Of a stretch of DNA of 64,000 bases, positions 1-12,465 are shown in pieces; positions within the stretch are counted from its first letter, which is position 1; each line of letters starts with the position of its first letter. Source of the stretch: Botryllus schlosseri (taxonomy: Eukaryota); assembly GCA_051294905.1 (NCBI GenBank), contig CM119371.1:5024001-5088000 (forward strand), written 5' to 3'. The translations under genes were made by a program, and so were the position numbers. A model generated the notes under the pieces. That model saw only the letters and a list, made by a program, of their open reading frames with translations, made no database searches and had not been told where the DNA came from.

Positions 1-180
1 CACATTTTGCGGTGCCTTTTGACAAACCAGCCCAAATAAAGCGTTTTTGTGACTAATTCGAGGCTGGAACTATCTATTTAGAGGACGATGCCAAAACTGC
101 CAAAAATAAAAATCGAAAAATGCCAAAAATAAGTTATTTTTGGCAGTTTTGGCATATGTCAAAAATAACACGGCCTGCCT

Positions 181-362
181 AATAACCCACCTCCGGCAAC
201 CCTAATATCCTACCCTAACCTTAATATCCCACCTCCACCAACCCTGATATCCCACCTCCCCCAACCCTAGTATCCTACCCGAACCCAATGTCCCACTCCC
301 AGAACCCTAATGTCTCCCCCCCTACCCTACCCTACCCAACCCTAACACCCCACCTCAACCTA
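181..362. repeat. Degenerate C-rich AACCCTAA-containing tandem repeat
   Basis: Irregular ~20-25 bp units such as aaccctaatatcccacctcc. Confidence 0.7.
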
Positions 363-702
363 CAGTTGCAATAACGAGCAGACCACACCTGGTTGATATG
401 TGAGCAATAACAATCGTTGGGATATATTTTTCATCTGAACAAGTCACACACAATATACAATGCGATGTCATGAACAGATACGAGGATGTCGAACGTCCGC
501 CCCTCGCCAAGTCAATTCAACAATGAGCCGACCACGCAATCGTGATCACGTGATCTGATCACTCCGTGACTGCGTGACCTACGCATGCCCTGACCTCCTT
601 ACAAGACCGACAAATCAGTTGATAATAACATTATTACTTTATTATTTCATGTTAGTACTTGTGAATACACTTAATTTCAAAATTTCCCGAGGAATTCACA
701 GA

Positions 703-769
703 GGGCCGGGTTCTCCAAGGGCCGGGTTCTCCGAGGGCCGAGTTGGTAGGGCCGGGTTCTCCGGCCACC
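703..769. repeat. Four ~15-16 bp GGGCCGGGTTCTCC units ending in GGCCACC; possible Helentron/HINE-type end
   Basis: The tandem units are seen directly. The Helentron assignment is inferred from architecture only. Confidence 0.5.
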
Positions 770-2199
770 ATCCTTATAGGATAGCTATTGCCTGTTTCTA
801 GTCTATTTTGGAAAAGCTGAAAATTTGCTAGCTGTCCAAGTCTAGCTGTTAATTTCTACTCGGAGATATTTTGGAATGAGCAGAGAGCTTGGTATTTTGC
901 TATCAAGCCAAGCTGTATGCAATATGCAAGTTGCTTGCGTAATCATTCGCATCTCCAACAGGACTGGTGCGCCCGACATAACCGTTGGCCTGAGCAATCG
1001 CGTCTGTAATTGTAATACTTCTCGTGCGCAAGATGTCGTGTGTCGCTGGCCGGAACTAACGCGTCGCCGACCTCACAGGCTTGGGCTACTATCTACTCTG
1101 GTTTAGAGACAATGCTGGTAATTGTAATATGATCAGCGATGGTTATGTCATGATTGTTGAACAGTGACATCGCAAAACAGAATGAGGTGGAATACTAAAA
1201 CAACTATTCATGTACTGTTAATGAATGGTGCGTACTATTAACAGATAACATAGGTATGGCTGTAAAAACTTCCTTGTAGTTCTAATTTTCAAGTAGTTCT
1301 AATTCTAGTTCATGATTTTGAATAGCGTCCAGTTATAGTTCTCGTTGCGCATTCAAAAGAAAATGACCTGCCGATTAACTGAAACTTGAATCAGAAGTAG
1401 AGAACGTGTTGTCCTCTAATAATGTAAATTGTGTTGCCCTTGTTTTATTTGGTGATGTTCTTGCCAAGAATGTAATAACTTGAGTCATGACTCGATCCAG
1501 ACTCAAGTCAGGACTTTCTGATGACTCAACCAAGGACCAAACAGAAAATTTCACTGACTTGAGCGTAACTGGTAAATGTCTGTAGCTGTTAACAGACTTG
1601 AACGTCGAGATAGTTCTGGTTGTTTCATCAGTTTAATTAGAGTGACATGCCAGTAATAGTAATCCAATACTAATCTAATTTTTGCAATATGTCGTTATTA
1701 TTATTTACTGTCTGATTTTCCTGGAAATGCTTCGGGTATAGTACATTATTCAGTGCAATGTGTAACGAGTGAAGCTTGCCGTACAGACATTTGCTATTCT
1801 TATGTTTATGAGAATGGACTCTGATATGAAGTGAGCTTAATTCAAGTTTTCATGAATTTCGAAAAGCTGAAAATCTATTTGTCCAAGTCTGCCTGCTATA
1901 TGCTAAGACATTTTCTGGAAAATACACATTGAAGCAACGTGAGGCCCTCAATGAGGACACCTTTTGTATCATGCCATTCATATTACATAGCACATTTTAA
2001 TTAGGCCTACTCCTGATGAACAGCATTTGTAATTAAATTTTCATGTCCGTCAAGAAATGTCCAAGTCTGAGAGTAAACCTAAATTGGCTTTAGTATGTAC
2101 AGGTGCCGTAAAACCTGCGAAGAGTTGCTAATATCGAATTGTGTGCGGACAGGTTTAAAATTAGCTCAGGTTAGTTTGTAGAAGGAACAAAATACTGAA

Positions 2200-3520
2200 A
2201 TATCTGTATGCCGACGTTAAATGATATTCTCGGCTAGATATTCAAAAGCCTGAACTATGTTTGTTGATCTTGGCGGGATTTTCCTTGCAAGTTCATAGGT
2301 GCAGTCCCATGTAAATTTTATTTTTTAATCACATGAACCCCACTCCCCGGGGTCACGCTGGGCCAGTCTCAGGAGTAGCTGCAGAAGTCACGGTAAATAT
2401 TCATGAATATTTTTCGTTTCTTGTGAAAATCATCTAATAATGGTTCTGTAATTTTGACGTTGTTGTTTATGCACTGCTGATTTTTGGAATTAGTATTCTG
2501 TAGTGATGCATCAGTTGTGTAATGTAATTGATTTTTTTTTTGACTAGTCGAAATTTCGTGGTTTGCTGAATGCTTGCAGATTATCGTATGGGCTCGCCAC
2601 GTTAGTTAGAAAAGGTCAAGAATCACTGCTATAAATAGCTGTAGCTTTTAAAATACCTTGATGATAATTGGGTGGTGAAGATTTTAAATATTGACCTAGG
2701 AGGTATGTCTTAAGAAGTGGAAGAACTACTGTTCTTGAAGATATACCTACATACATTTAAGATACTGCCAACGTTCTTTATTGTACTACAGTTTTATATT
2801 ATTAGGTATGTGTGATTGTGTATACTGGACTGACTGGTGTGGTTGTTCAAGAATGACTTTTGTGATTTACTGGCTAGTTGAGGAAATTGCCAAGTTGTTA
2901 AAAATCTTATTAAGGTAGAAAATTATTGATTTTTGACTACAATCGAAAATTTTATTGAAACTGTACCACATGAAATTATTAGGTTGTCTTGTCAACAAAT
3001 AATGTTGGATGATGCATGCATATGCCTCAATTCCTACCCGTAGGCCTAGAAGTAGTATGGTAGGGAATGTTGGATTATGAGGAATAATAATTCTGTATTA
3101 AAACTGTATTGAGTGGGTTCATGAGACTGTATTACTGCACAGTTGCGGAGTTAACTAGATCTTATGAAACCAAAAATCAAATTTGGGTCCCGCGATGCTA
3201 AATTTTAGGTAAACTCCAAAGATAATCCAAAAAGTGTTACAGTAGTGATTGCTAGGGCTGGGCAGTGGGCGCAGCGATTTTAATGATTTGATAGAGACAA
3301 CAGGGGTGTTTTTTGAGTTGAGAAATCATATGATCCTTGCCACTAAGTGGTCACTTACCACTGAGAATTATAGTTTCGATGCTATTTTCTCCTGTGTAGA
3401 ATTGTTGTCAAAAATTTAAGGAAATAGTTATCTTAATTGTGATTTAAATCTGACATAACACTTCATGCCCGCATAAACACTACATGTTTGAACTTAACAA
3501 ATATTTCTTATTTTTATGCC
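2200..3520 (+). repeat. Non-coding block present three times (also ~5900-7580 and ~41315-42440)
   Basis: Shared anchors such as ttgttgtttatgcac, gatgcatcagttgtg, gaagaactactgttct and atttgggtccc. In addition ~1285-1470 matches ~40003-40170. Confidence 0.8.
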
Positions 3521-3598
3521 ATATACCGTAATTTTCCGAATATAGTGCGCCCCCATGTATAATACGCACCCTTAAAATGACGTGTATATTCTAGGAAA

Positions 3599-3765
3599 AA
3601 GCGTCATATGGATAAGCATGCTGGAATAAATCATACATGTGCTATATGTAGTAAAGTATTCACTGAGAAGGTTGCCCTCAATTTGAATATGGATAAGCAT
3701 GCCGGTATCATAAATGTGAAACTTTCTGAAACGGCCAACATCAAGCATCATATGGATTAACATAT
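3599..3765 (+). pseudogene. Truncated remnant of a family-2 zinc-finger gene (paralog of D)
   Basis: Translates to KRHMDKHAGI..HTCAICSKVFTEKVALNLNMDKHAGI. Downstream 3700-5360 is collinear with 28320-29465 downstream of D. Confidence 0.8.
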
Positions 3766-4446
3766 TGAGTTCGAAAGTCACGCAAGGTCAAGTGAAAAAA
3801 AGGTCTGAAGATTTTGAAATGACCTCCAGTACCAGTATTCTTTCAATGAAAACTCACTTTTGCCCAGAATATGTAATTATGATAAATCACCAATGTGCGA
3901 ATCTAGGATCACATAATTGGTGACTTATCGAATCTCAAAAAGTTGCAAATTCATAGCGATGCCGATTTACGTATATTTCACTCCTGGAGCTGGACATGAT
4001 CGGGAACATCAGTGAATGTATTACTACACGTCTCTGACTATCATTCTGTATGAGCTTACTTATTTTCCATGTACATTTTATGATATTCATGCAACCTATT
4101 GCATTAACAGTGGTCAATATGAAAGAGAAAACTATTGCTCAACATTTTTGAGTATTGATGTACATTTTTAACAAGCGTTCTACATTTCTTGAATATCGTC
4201 GTGATAGGTTTTTATTTGTGTGATTATCTTGCAGCCATTGCTAGCTCACAATTGCTTAGTTTATCCTATTTAGTGGTAGTTCTGTCTGTCTGATTCTCCA
4301 GTAATTTTGTACTGTTGTTCATTTGGAAAGCCAATCTTATTCCGATAAAATATGGTGAATGAGTTACTTGGTAATCAAATCCATTGAGTTCTGTTTTCGT
4401 TAGTCACTGATTTTCAAACATCGTTCGTTCGGACTTAATTGTGCAG

Positions 4447-5050
4447 TAGGGCTGTTCAAGAATAACTTTTTTTCCGGATTCCAGCCATTCACTGATTAAA
4501 TTGCCGGGTTACCATAACAAAGCCTGCATACCAAATTTGGTTCAATTCTTACAGGTCTAAGCTTCTGCAGAGCCAATTAATTTTTTTAATTTATTACGTA
4601 GAATTTAAAAAAAAGACATTTTTTTTGTCAACCCCATTAAATTGTCGAGTTATCTTCAAAAAGGATGAAAAACAAATTTGGCTCGATTCTAACCCGTAAA
4701 AGCTGAGGTATTTGAGTTTTTCGTTCATAATCCTCGGATTATCCTTGATCGAAGATAATCCGTTGATTATCAACTATAAACTCAAATAACTCCGCTTCTA
4801 TTGTTGGAATTGAGTCAAATTTGTTTTGCATCGTCTCTGAAGATAGCTCAATAATTTCAAGGGGCTGACAGAGAAATTTGAATTTTTTAAAATTTTACAT
4901 TATAAATTAGAAATTTTAATTGGATCTGTGGAGCCTTATCCTTGTGAGAATTGAACCAAATTTGGTGTGCGGCCTTTTTCAAGGTAACCTGACAATTTGA
5001 TGCCTGAATGGCTGGAATCCAGAAGAAAAAATTATTTTTGAACAGTACTA
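4447..5050. mobile_element. ~600-bp foldback (almost wholly palindromic) MITE
   Basis: The two arms are imperfect reverse complements about a centre at ~4748 (ggattatc..gataatcc). Flanked by TTGTGCAG / TTCTGCAG. Empty site TTGTGGAG at 29171-29178 in the paralogous block. Confidence 0.85.
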
Positions 5051-5125
5051 TTCTGCAGTTTCAACATCCAGTAGCTTGTATAAGTGTGCTGCCAGCATGC
5101 TAATGAACGATAATTCATTTTTCAG

Positions 5126-5324
5126 ATTAATTTGGTTTTGATTTCAAGATTATATCTTAAAACGTTTAATTTGCGGTGAAAGAGATCTCCAAATTAATTT
5201 GTGATGACTTTACTGGGAACTATTCACCAAATGTCCATTTCTTGGAGAAGGTGGATTTGCTAAAACCTCTAAACTCGCTGGAGTCGGAACAAAACAAGCT
5301 TTTGCTTGTTAAAATGTGCCAAAG
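5126..5324 (+). pseudogene. PLK1: Polo-like kinase 1 pseudo-exon (first kinase exon: glycine-rich loop to AGKIVPK region), copy 1
   Basis: KEISKLICDDFTGNY / (frameshift) CPFLGEGGFAKTSKLAGVGTKQAFAC*NVPK then GT. Compare PLK1 KEIPEVLVD...[31 protein letters not shown]. Confidence 0.85.
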
Positions 5325-5626
5325 GTGGGTCATCTTCATTGACACTTTAGAACAGGCGTGGGCAATTATTTTCCTCTGCAGGGCCGAATGAGAAGTAGAA
5401 AATATGTTGGCGGGCCAAGTGAAAAGTTATAGGTATATGCCCCAGAGTATTTTGATTTAATTTCTAAATTACCTTTTTAATAAATGCTGCTCAGTGAATG
5501 TGTTGACGTTAGATAATGAAAAAGTGACGGTCTATCTATTTGCAGCCATGATTCGAAACAATGTTAAACCAGATACATTTTTTAATCTCTATAAACCCCT
5601 TTTCCTGTTTTTCTAAGACTCTCAAG

Positions 5627-5823
5627 CAGTGGTTCTCAAACTTCTTTAAGCACGCCTCCATTTATGATAGTGAAAATTCGATGGCATGGAAGGTTATAGC
5701 TGTTCATGAGAGAATTCTGAAATATCAAAGACTGAAAATACACAGGGCAGCAACCACAAGCCGGGATTAAATCGCGCTAATTCGGTAAACTTCGTTTTCG
5801 CGCTCCCAGTTCGAGAACCACTG
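5627..5823. mobile_element. Short hAT-like MITE
   Basis: TIR CAGTGGTTCTC / GAGAACCACTG. No clear target duplication. Confidence 0.65.
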
Positions 5824-5990
5824 TACTGAAATGTATATCGATAGTACAAAGCTTATTGTCTTGGTCCCTGGATTCCGAACAATGTGCAGAGTAAATAGCC
5901 TTGATTGCTGACGCTACATGATATTCTTAACTGAATATTCAAGAGCCTGAAAAATGGTTGTTGCTCTCAACGCTATTTGCCTTCCGAGTA

Positions 5991-6688
5991 CCGTAATTTT
6001 CCATGAATAATGCGCAAAATTTTACCGATTTTTTGCCATAAAATAGGGGGGTGCGTACTATACATGGGTACAGCAAGCGTTGAAAAGATCTCCCTCAATC
6101 AAAAACTTTAAATCACACCATCTTCATGTTTGTTTCCAATCGCGCATCTCTAGCCATCGTACCCCGTAATTCGTTTTATAGATTGTAACGCGCTGCCAAA
6201 TAGACAAGCGCGTTGCCAATTAACAAAAAGCATGTTGCCAATTAAAGAGAGTCTTCTGCACAGTACGCGGTCTCTTGCATACACAACAGGTCATCTGCGC
6301 AAGATATAATCGTTTGCGTAATCAGTCGCATCCCCAACAGGATTGGTGCGCCCGACATAACCGTTGGCCTGAGCAATAACATCTGCAATTGTAAAAGTCC
6401 CCTTGCGCAAAATGTCATGTGTCGCTGGCCTCGCAGGCTTTGGCTACTATCTTTCTCTCGTTTAGAGACAATGACGTTAATTGTTTTATGATTAGCGATG
6501 GTTATGTCATGATTGTTCGAGAGTGACATCGCACAATAGAACAACATCGTGTACTAAATCACAACTTTTTACGTATTGCGAATGCATGGTGCGTACTATA
6601 CATGGGGACAGGCTTTTCCCCAGAATTTACACGCCATTTTAAGGTTGCGTATTATACATGGGGGTGCATTGTATTCAGAAAATTACGG
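5991..6688. mobile_element. Tc1/mariner-superfamily MITE (CCGTA termini, Tc2/pogo-like), full-length copy
   Basis: TA|CCGTAATTTTCC ... GAAAATTACGG|TA. Absent from the paralogous site at ~2290. Confidence 0.85.
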
Positions 6689-9600
6689 TATTAGTAATTT
6701 ATATGTGTAGTCCGATATCAATTTTTTTTTCAATCACATGAACCCCAGGGTCACGCTGAGCCAGTCTCGGGGGATACGCTGGCGTCAAGACATACACCAG
6801 ACTCACAGAGCAGAAGTCGCCCCTATTTGCAGTAAATCTTCATTAATATTTTTATCTTTTTCTGTGAAAATCTTTCAATAATGGTTCTGTAATTTTCACA
6901 TTGTTGTTTATGCACAGTTGATTTTGTGCACTAGTCTTCTATAGTAATGCATCAGTTGTGTGATGAGATAGATTTTGGTTTTGTGGTTTGCCGAAGTCTT
7001 GCAGACTATTGTATGGGGTCACCAGGTTAGTTGGAAAAGGTCAAGAAGCACGGCTATAAACAGTTATAGCTTTCACAATACCTTGCCTTTTGATTTGATG
7101 ATAAGTGGGTGGTGAAAGTTATTAATATTGACCAAGGAGGAGTGTCTTAAAAAGTTTGAAGAACTACTGTTCTAGAAGATATATATTTGGGATGCTGCCA
7201 ACATTCCTGCTCGTATTAGAGTGTCATATTTTTTGGGCTGTGTATAGTAGACTGCTGGTGTTGTTTAAAAATCACTTTTGTTTTCAAAATTTAACTTGCT
7301 AGTTGATGAAATGGCCAAGTCTGTTATAAGAAAGCTATTAAGGTAGAATATTATTGATTTTTCGCAACAATCAAAAATTTCATTGAAATTGTACTGGCTT
7401 CCACATGGAATTATGAAGGATAATACTATTTCCTATTGGAAATTCCATCTTCAGTTGCAGAGTGAACTAGGCGTAATGAAACCAAAAAAAAATATATTTG
7501 GGTCCCGTGATGCTAAATTTTTGGTGAGCTCCAAAGATGATCTGAAAGCGCTAGTGATGGGGCTGGGTAGTGGCCTAGTGCAGTGCTCTTCAACCTTTTC
7601 CGACGTTGTACACCCTTTTAACGTTTGCTCAAAACTCGTACACCCCTGTTCATTATGGGTCGTCAAAAATGACTTTTTTTCTCAAATCGTACTGGCTACT
7701 TGATAAAATTGCTAGGTTACCTAACTTAAGCCTACACACTAAATTTGGTTCAATTCCAACCAGTAGCCGCATTGCTACGGGAGAAGAAAGTTTCTATTTA
7801 TTATATAAAAAATATATAACGAAAAATTTGAACTTATTCTGTTCACCCCATGAAAGTAGTAGGTTGTCTATAAAAACGATGTTCTTCAAATTTGGTTGAA
7901 TTCCAACCATTAAAAGCGGAGTTATTGCCGTTAAAATATTTGGATTTGAATAAAATAGTATTTGGTCACAGAGTATACTCGCAGCCAGTTACGCCGCCGC
8001 CACGCAACTTGGAATTTATTTCGTGTCAGCCCAAAAACAGCATGACATTACGAACGATAATCAACCTAGATGTAACAGTATTGGGGAGAGAGTAGGTAAA
8101 GCTACTGCTACAGAAGCAGTTATTCAGATCAGCGATAATAGCAGGCGCACCAGCCTACTGCGTATCAGGCCTGCCCCATACCACACACAGTCGATAGTAG
8201 CACATGGGCTGCAAGGTATGTCAGTAACCTCAGATCTCTATTGTCGCTACTTTTCATCACTAATAACAAAATACTAAATTGCAAATGTATGGCAAAATAT
8301 TGGACATAGACTCGGCATTTTAAAACAAAAGGGTTTCGATTTCAACATGGAAGCTGTTTCAACCCTGGCTACGTCACTTCGTTTATGTGCATTGCGGTAT
8401 ATTTATTAACGTCGGGTAGAAAGTACCGATTCAAGAAGTCTGAGCTATCGCGGCGGTTTCCTCAAAAATCACTAAAAGACAAATGACCAGCAGAACACAT
8501 ATGTTTGTTAACTGCATACTTTCCAACACCAAACGGAACAATTGGTTTATTGCCGACGGCTAAATGAATAGGAGAAATATTTGCTTATGACATCACAATC
8601 AAGCGGTGTACAGTATTACACTTGAGATAACATCGTACCATATTGCTCAATAACCTGTGCGTCAACCTGGACTGACCCATAAACATGCCTCTGTGATAGT
8701 TAGCCATCGGCTCACTGTAATTCGGATCTGGTACACCCCTGTACACCCTTTGCAAATTCTGGTACACCCTAGGGCAGTGGTTCCCAACCTTTTTCGACTC
8801 CACACCGATCATCGCCCCCCAAATATTGGGAACCGAAAAATGTGCATACAGACTGAAATCACCGACGAGTTGACTAAGGAAAAGGTCAACTTTTCGGCTC
8901 GACCTTGAAATTACACTTTTCCCGCTAAATTTCGCCGAGTTGACTACTAAAAAAGGTGATTTCTCCGAATTGATCCCAAAAGGACCGTAACAGCACTTCG
9001 CCAGCCCCCCCCCAATACGCTGGTCTTGCCCCCCCTCCATAGGGCGATAAAACAAACTTCTGCCCCCCTCAGACCCAACTTCCCCGATATCTCTTTACCG
9101 CTACTTCTCAGCACAAATTGATGGACTCTTTAGTTAAGCGGCTTAATTCGCGCCAAGCGCGAAAAATTTTTCTAATTCATAATTGAATCGGTCAATATGA
9201 TCGGGTGTCAATTTTTTATCCTCTCTCTGCTCATGTATTCAGATTTACCGGTAAAGTTGAGTGATGTGTCTTGGAAATTGTAGGGCCCGTAAATATTAAT
9301 TGAACATATTCGGGCGGACCCGTGGGTGTAATGACTTCGTTACGTAATGACATTTTGTGGCCTGTCTGCTATGTCAAAAGATATTTAAATCGCCCATACC
9401 TATTAAACTAAAAGACGCGCACGATTTCGAATTGATATTTCTGCACTGGTGATTAATTTTTCTCTCCAAGATGACATTCTTTTGTAGGGTTCTGATTGTC
9501 AGTACAGGAACATTTGGCGCCAGCCATTTAGGCACCTATGGTCAATTAAATATATATGTATATCGAACCAATATCCGAAAGCGAATCTGAAATGTAATTG

Positions 9601-9919
9601 TGATCCATAAAGTTTGTGTGAAACATCTATAAGGAACTACACGTCTGAATTGTCAGGTTACCGATCATCACAATGCCTAATAATTCTACTAAACTAGTAA
9701 TATGAAATCATAAGTTTGTTATTCTTGGATATTTTTATTCATCACACTGCTCCGTTTTTGCTAATTCTTTCTGTATTTCAGACTAAGTTGCCATAATATT
9801 AGAATTATAATACTATTTAATGCCGCATCCAAGCTATCGTTGGATCCTCGTTTTCAAGCAGAGAGCGTTTGATGTGGGATGCTTCAAGAAGTAAAGTAAT
9901 ATACAGATAATCCAGAATA

Positions 9920-11851
9920 ATGACAAGGAAGATGTGCTCGATCTGTGGGAAGAGCTTCCATCGTAAGGACGGATTGAAAGCCCACTTGCGATTCCACCTT
10001 ATAGATCGAAATACCGAATGTGAGATATGTGGAAAAACCTTTGCTGCAATCACTTTATTGAAAAAACATTTACTATCCCACACTTTTTTGAAAAATCATG
10101 AACGCAAGGGCAATGGCAATGAGTTTATTCCGATCGGTAACTTGAAAAGACTTGCTGATACACGTACTGTTCACCACGACTGTCAGATCTGTGGAAAATC
10201 GTTTGTACTGGTTGGCGACCTCAAAACACATGGAACTATCCATACTGGAAGCAAAATCTATGCATGTCAGATCTGCTGAAAAATGTTTACCCAGCTTGGT
10301 CACTTGAAAACACATGGAACTATACATACTGGAGTCAAAAACTATACTTGTCTGATCTGCGGAAAAGCGTTTACCCGGCTTGGTCACTTGAAACAACATG
10401 AAAATACACATACTGGAGTCAAAAACTATGACTGTCAGATCTGTGGGAAAGCGTTTACCCAGCTTGGTGCCTTAAAAAGACATGGAAATACACATACTGG
10501 AGTAAAAAACTATGCATGTCAGATTTGCGGAAAAGCGTTTACCCATCGTAGTAACTTGAAAAGACATGGAAATACACATACTGGAGTCAAAAACTATGCA
10601 TGTCTGATCTGCGGAAAAGCGTTTACCCGGCTTGGTAACTTGAAAGAACATGAAAATACACATACTGGAGTCAAAAATTATGAGTGTCAGATCTGTGGGA
10701 AAGCGTTTACCCAGCTTGATGTCTTAAAAATACATGGAAATACACATACTGGAGTAAAAAACTATGCATGTCAGATATGCGGAAAAGCGTTTACCCAGCT
10801 TCGTGACTTGAGAAGACATGAAAATACACATACCGGAGTCAAAAACTATGCATGTCAGATCTGTGGGAAAGCGTTTACCCAGCTTGGTGCCTTAAAAAGA
10901 CATGGAAATACACATACTGGAGTAAAAAACTATGCATGTCAGATTTGCGGAAAAGCGTTTTCCTGGCTTTGTGACTTGAAAAGTCATGGAAATACACATA
11001 CTGGAGTCAAAAACTATGAGTGTCAGATCTGTGGAAAAGCGTTTATTCAGCTCAGTAACTTGAAAACACATGAGAATACACATACCGGAGTAAAAAACTA
11101 TGCATGTCAGATTTGCGGAAAAGCGTTTACCCATCGTAGTAACTTGAAAAGACATGGAAATACACATACTGGAGTCAAAAACTATGGATGTCAGATCTGC
11201 GGAAAATCGTTTACCCAGCTCGGTAACTTGAAAGAACATGAATATACACATACTGGAGTCAAAAACTATGCATGTCAGATATGCGGAAAAGCGTTTACCC
11301 AGCTCGGTAACTTGAAAGAACATGGAAATACACATACTGGAGTCAAAAACTATGCATGTCAGATCTGCGGAAAAGCGTTTACCCAGCTCGGTAACTTGGA
11401 AGAACATGGAAATACACATACTGGAGTCAAAAACTATGCATGTCAGATATGCGGAAAAGCGTTTACCCAGCTTCGTGACTTGAGAAGACATGAAAATACA
11501 CATACCGGAGTCAGAAACTATGCATGTCAGGTATGCGGAAAAGCGTTTGCTTGGCTTGGTAACTTGAAAGAACATGGAAATATACATACTGGATTCAAAA
11601 ACTATGGATGTCAGATCTGCGGAAAAGTTTTTGCCCGCCTTGGTGACTTAAAGAGACATGGGAATGCACATACTGGAGTCAAAAACTATGCATGTCAGGT
11701 CTGCGGAAAATCGTTTACCCAGCTCGGTAACTTGAAAGAACATGGAAATACACATACTGGAGTCAAAAACTATGGGTGTCAAATTTGTGGAAAAGCGTTT
11801 ATTCAGCTCAGTAACCTGAAAAGACATGGAAATACACATACTGGACTCTAA
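9920..11851 (+). pseudogene. Tandem C2H2 zinc-finger gene A (family 1, TGVKNY linker), about 22 fingers, interrupted by an in-frame nonsense codon
   Basis: ORFs 9920-10279 and 10283-11851 are in the same frame, separated by TGA at 10277-10279 where all other repeats have GGA (C-G-K). 3 fingers lie before the stop, 1 is broken by it and 18 lie after it. A second stop TAA (AAA in other repeats) ends the ORF at 11849-11851 and finger-like sequence continues to ~12100. Confidence 0.85.
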
Positions 11852-12465
11852 AACTATGGATGTCAGATCTGCGGAAAAGCGTTTGCTCTGATGGGACACT
11901 TGAAAACACACGAGAAAACACATGCTGGTGTCGAAAGCTATGCATGTCAGATCGGCAGAAAAGTTTTTTCCCAGCTTGGTGACTACAAAAACCATGGACA
12001 TACACATTAGGGAGTCAAAAATTTGCATGTCAGACGTGCGGAAAAGCGTTTACCCGCCTTGGTGCCTTGAAAAGAGATGGAAATACACATACAGGAGAAT
12101 AGCAGAACGCATGTCTTTTTATATTCGCAAAAATGATCTCGAACATGATGCAGTAATATTGACAGCCTTATATTAAAATATGCTGTTACTTAGAGTGGAC
12201 GTCCGTTCACTCTGCTATCATGTCAATACGATTTAATATTGCGATCAAATCTGTACGAGTACTCAACACATATATCTTTGAATCACCTTCCCGGCTAAAT
12301 GTCTACTGTGCCGGGTGTGTAAAAGTGGCGGTGGACTTGTATCTTCGTCTTACCAAGCCTCTTGCACATATCCATATAGTTTTGCCACAAAAATCTGTAT
12401 ACTTTGTTTTTCTCATCTGATTTTTCCAGTTTGAAAATGTTTCTCCTAGTTTCATATTTTAATTA

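Noticed and set aside
89..154. Perfect 20-bp inverted repeat (89-108 / 135-154) resembling a terminator
   Set aside because: In a eukaryotic context next to a probable element end, it is most simply a transposon subterminal structure cut by the window edge.
181..362. Telomere-like CCCTAA sequence
   Set aside because: It is irregular and interstitial with no pure hexamer run, and is more likely part of a mobile element.
8300..8480. Candidate promoter for gene A (CpG-richer patch with acgtcacttcg and caacatgg motifs)
   Set aside because: The motifs are short and common, and cannot be supported without TSS data.
10186..11851. Regular repeat with variable inserts resembling a CRISPR array
   Set aside because: The period is 84 bp in-frame coding for C2H2 fingers, there are no unique spacers or cas genes, and the context is eukaryotic.
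10073..12028. Long minus-strand ORFs over the ZNF arrays (also 19514-20845, 26140-27507, 52125-53249)
   Set aside because: They are antisense shadows of the 84-bp repeat and have no independent coding signal.
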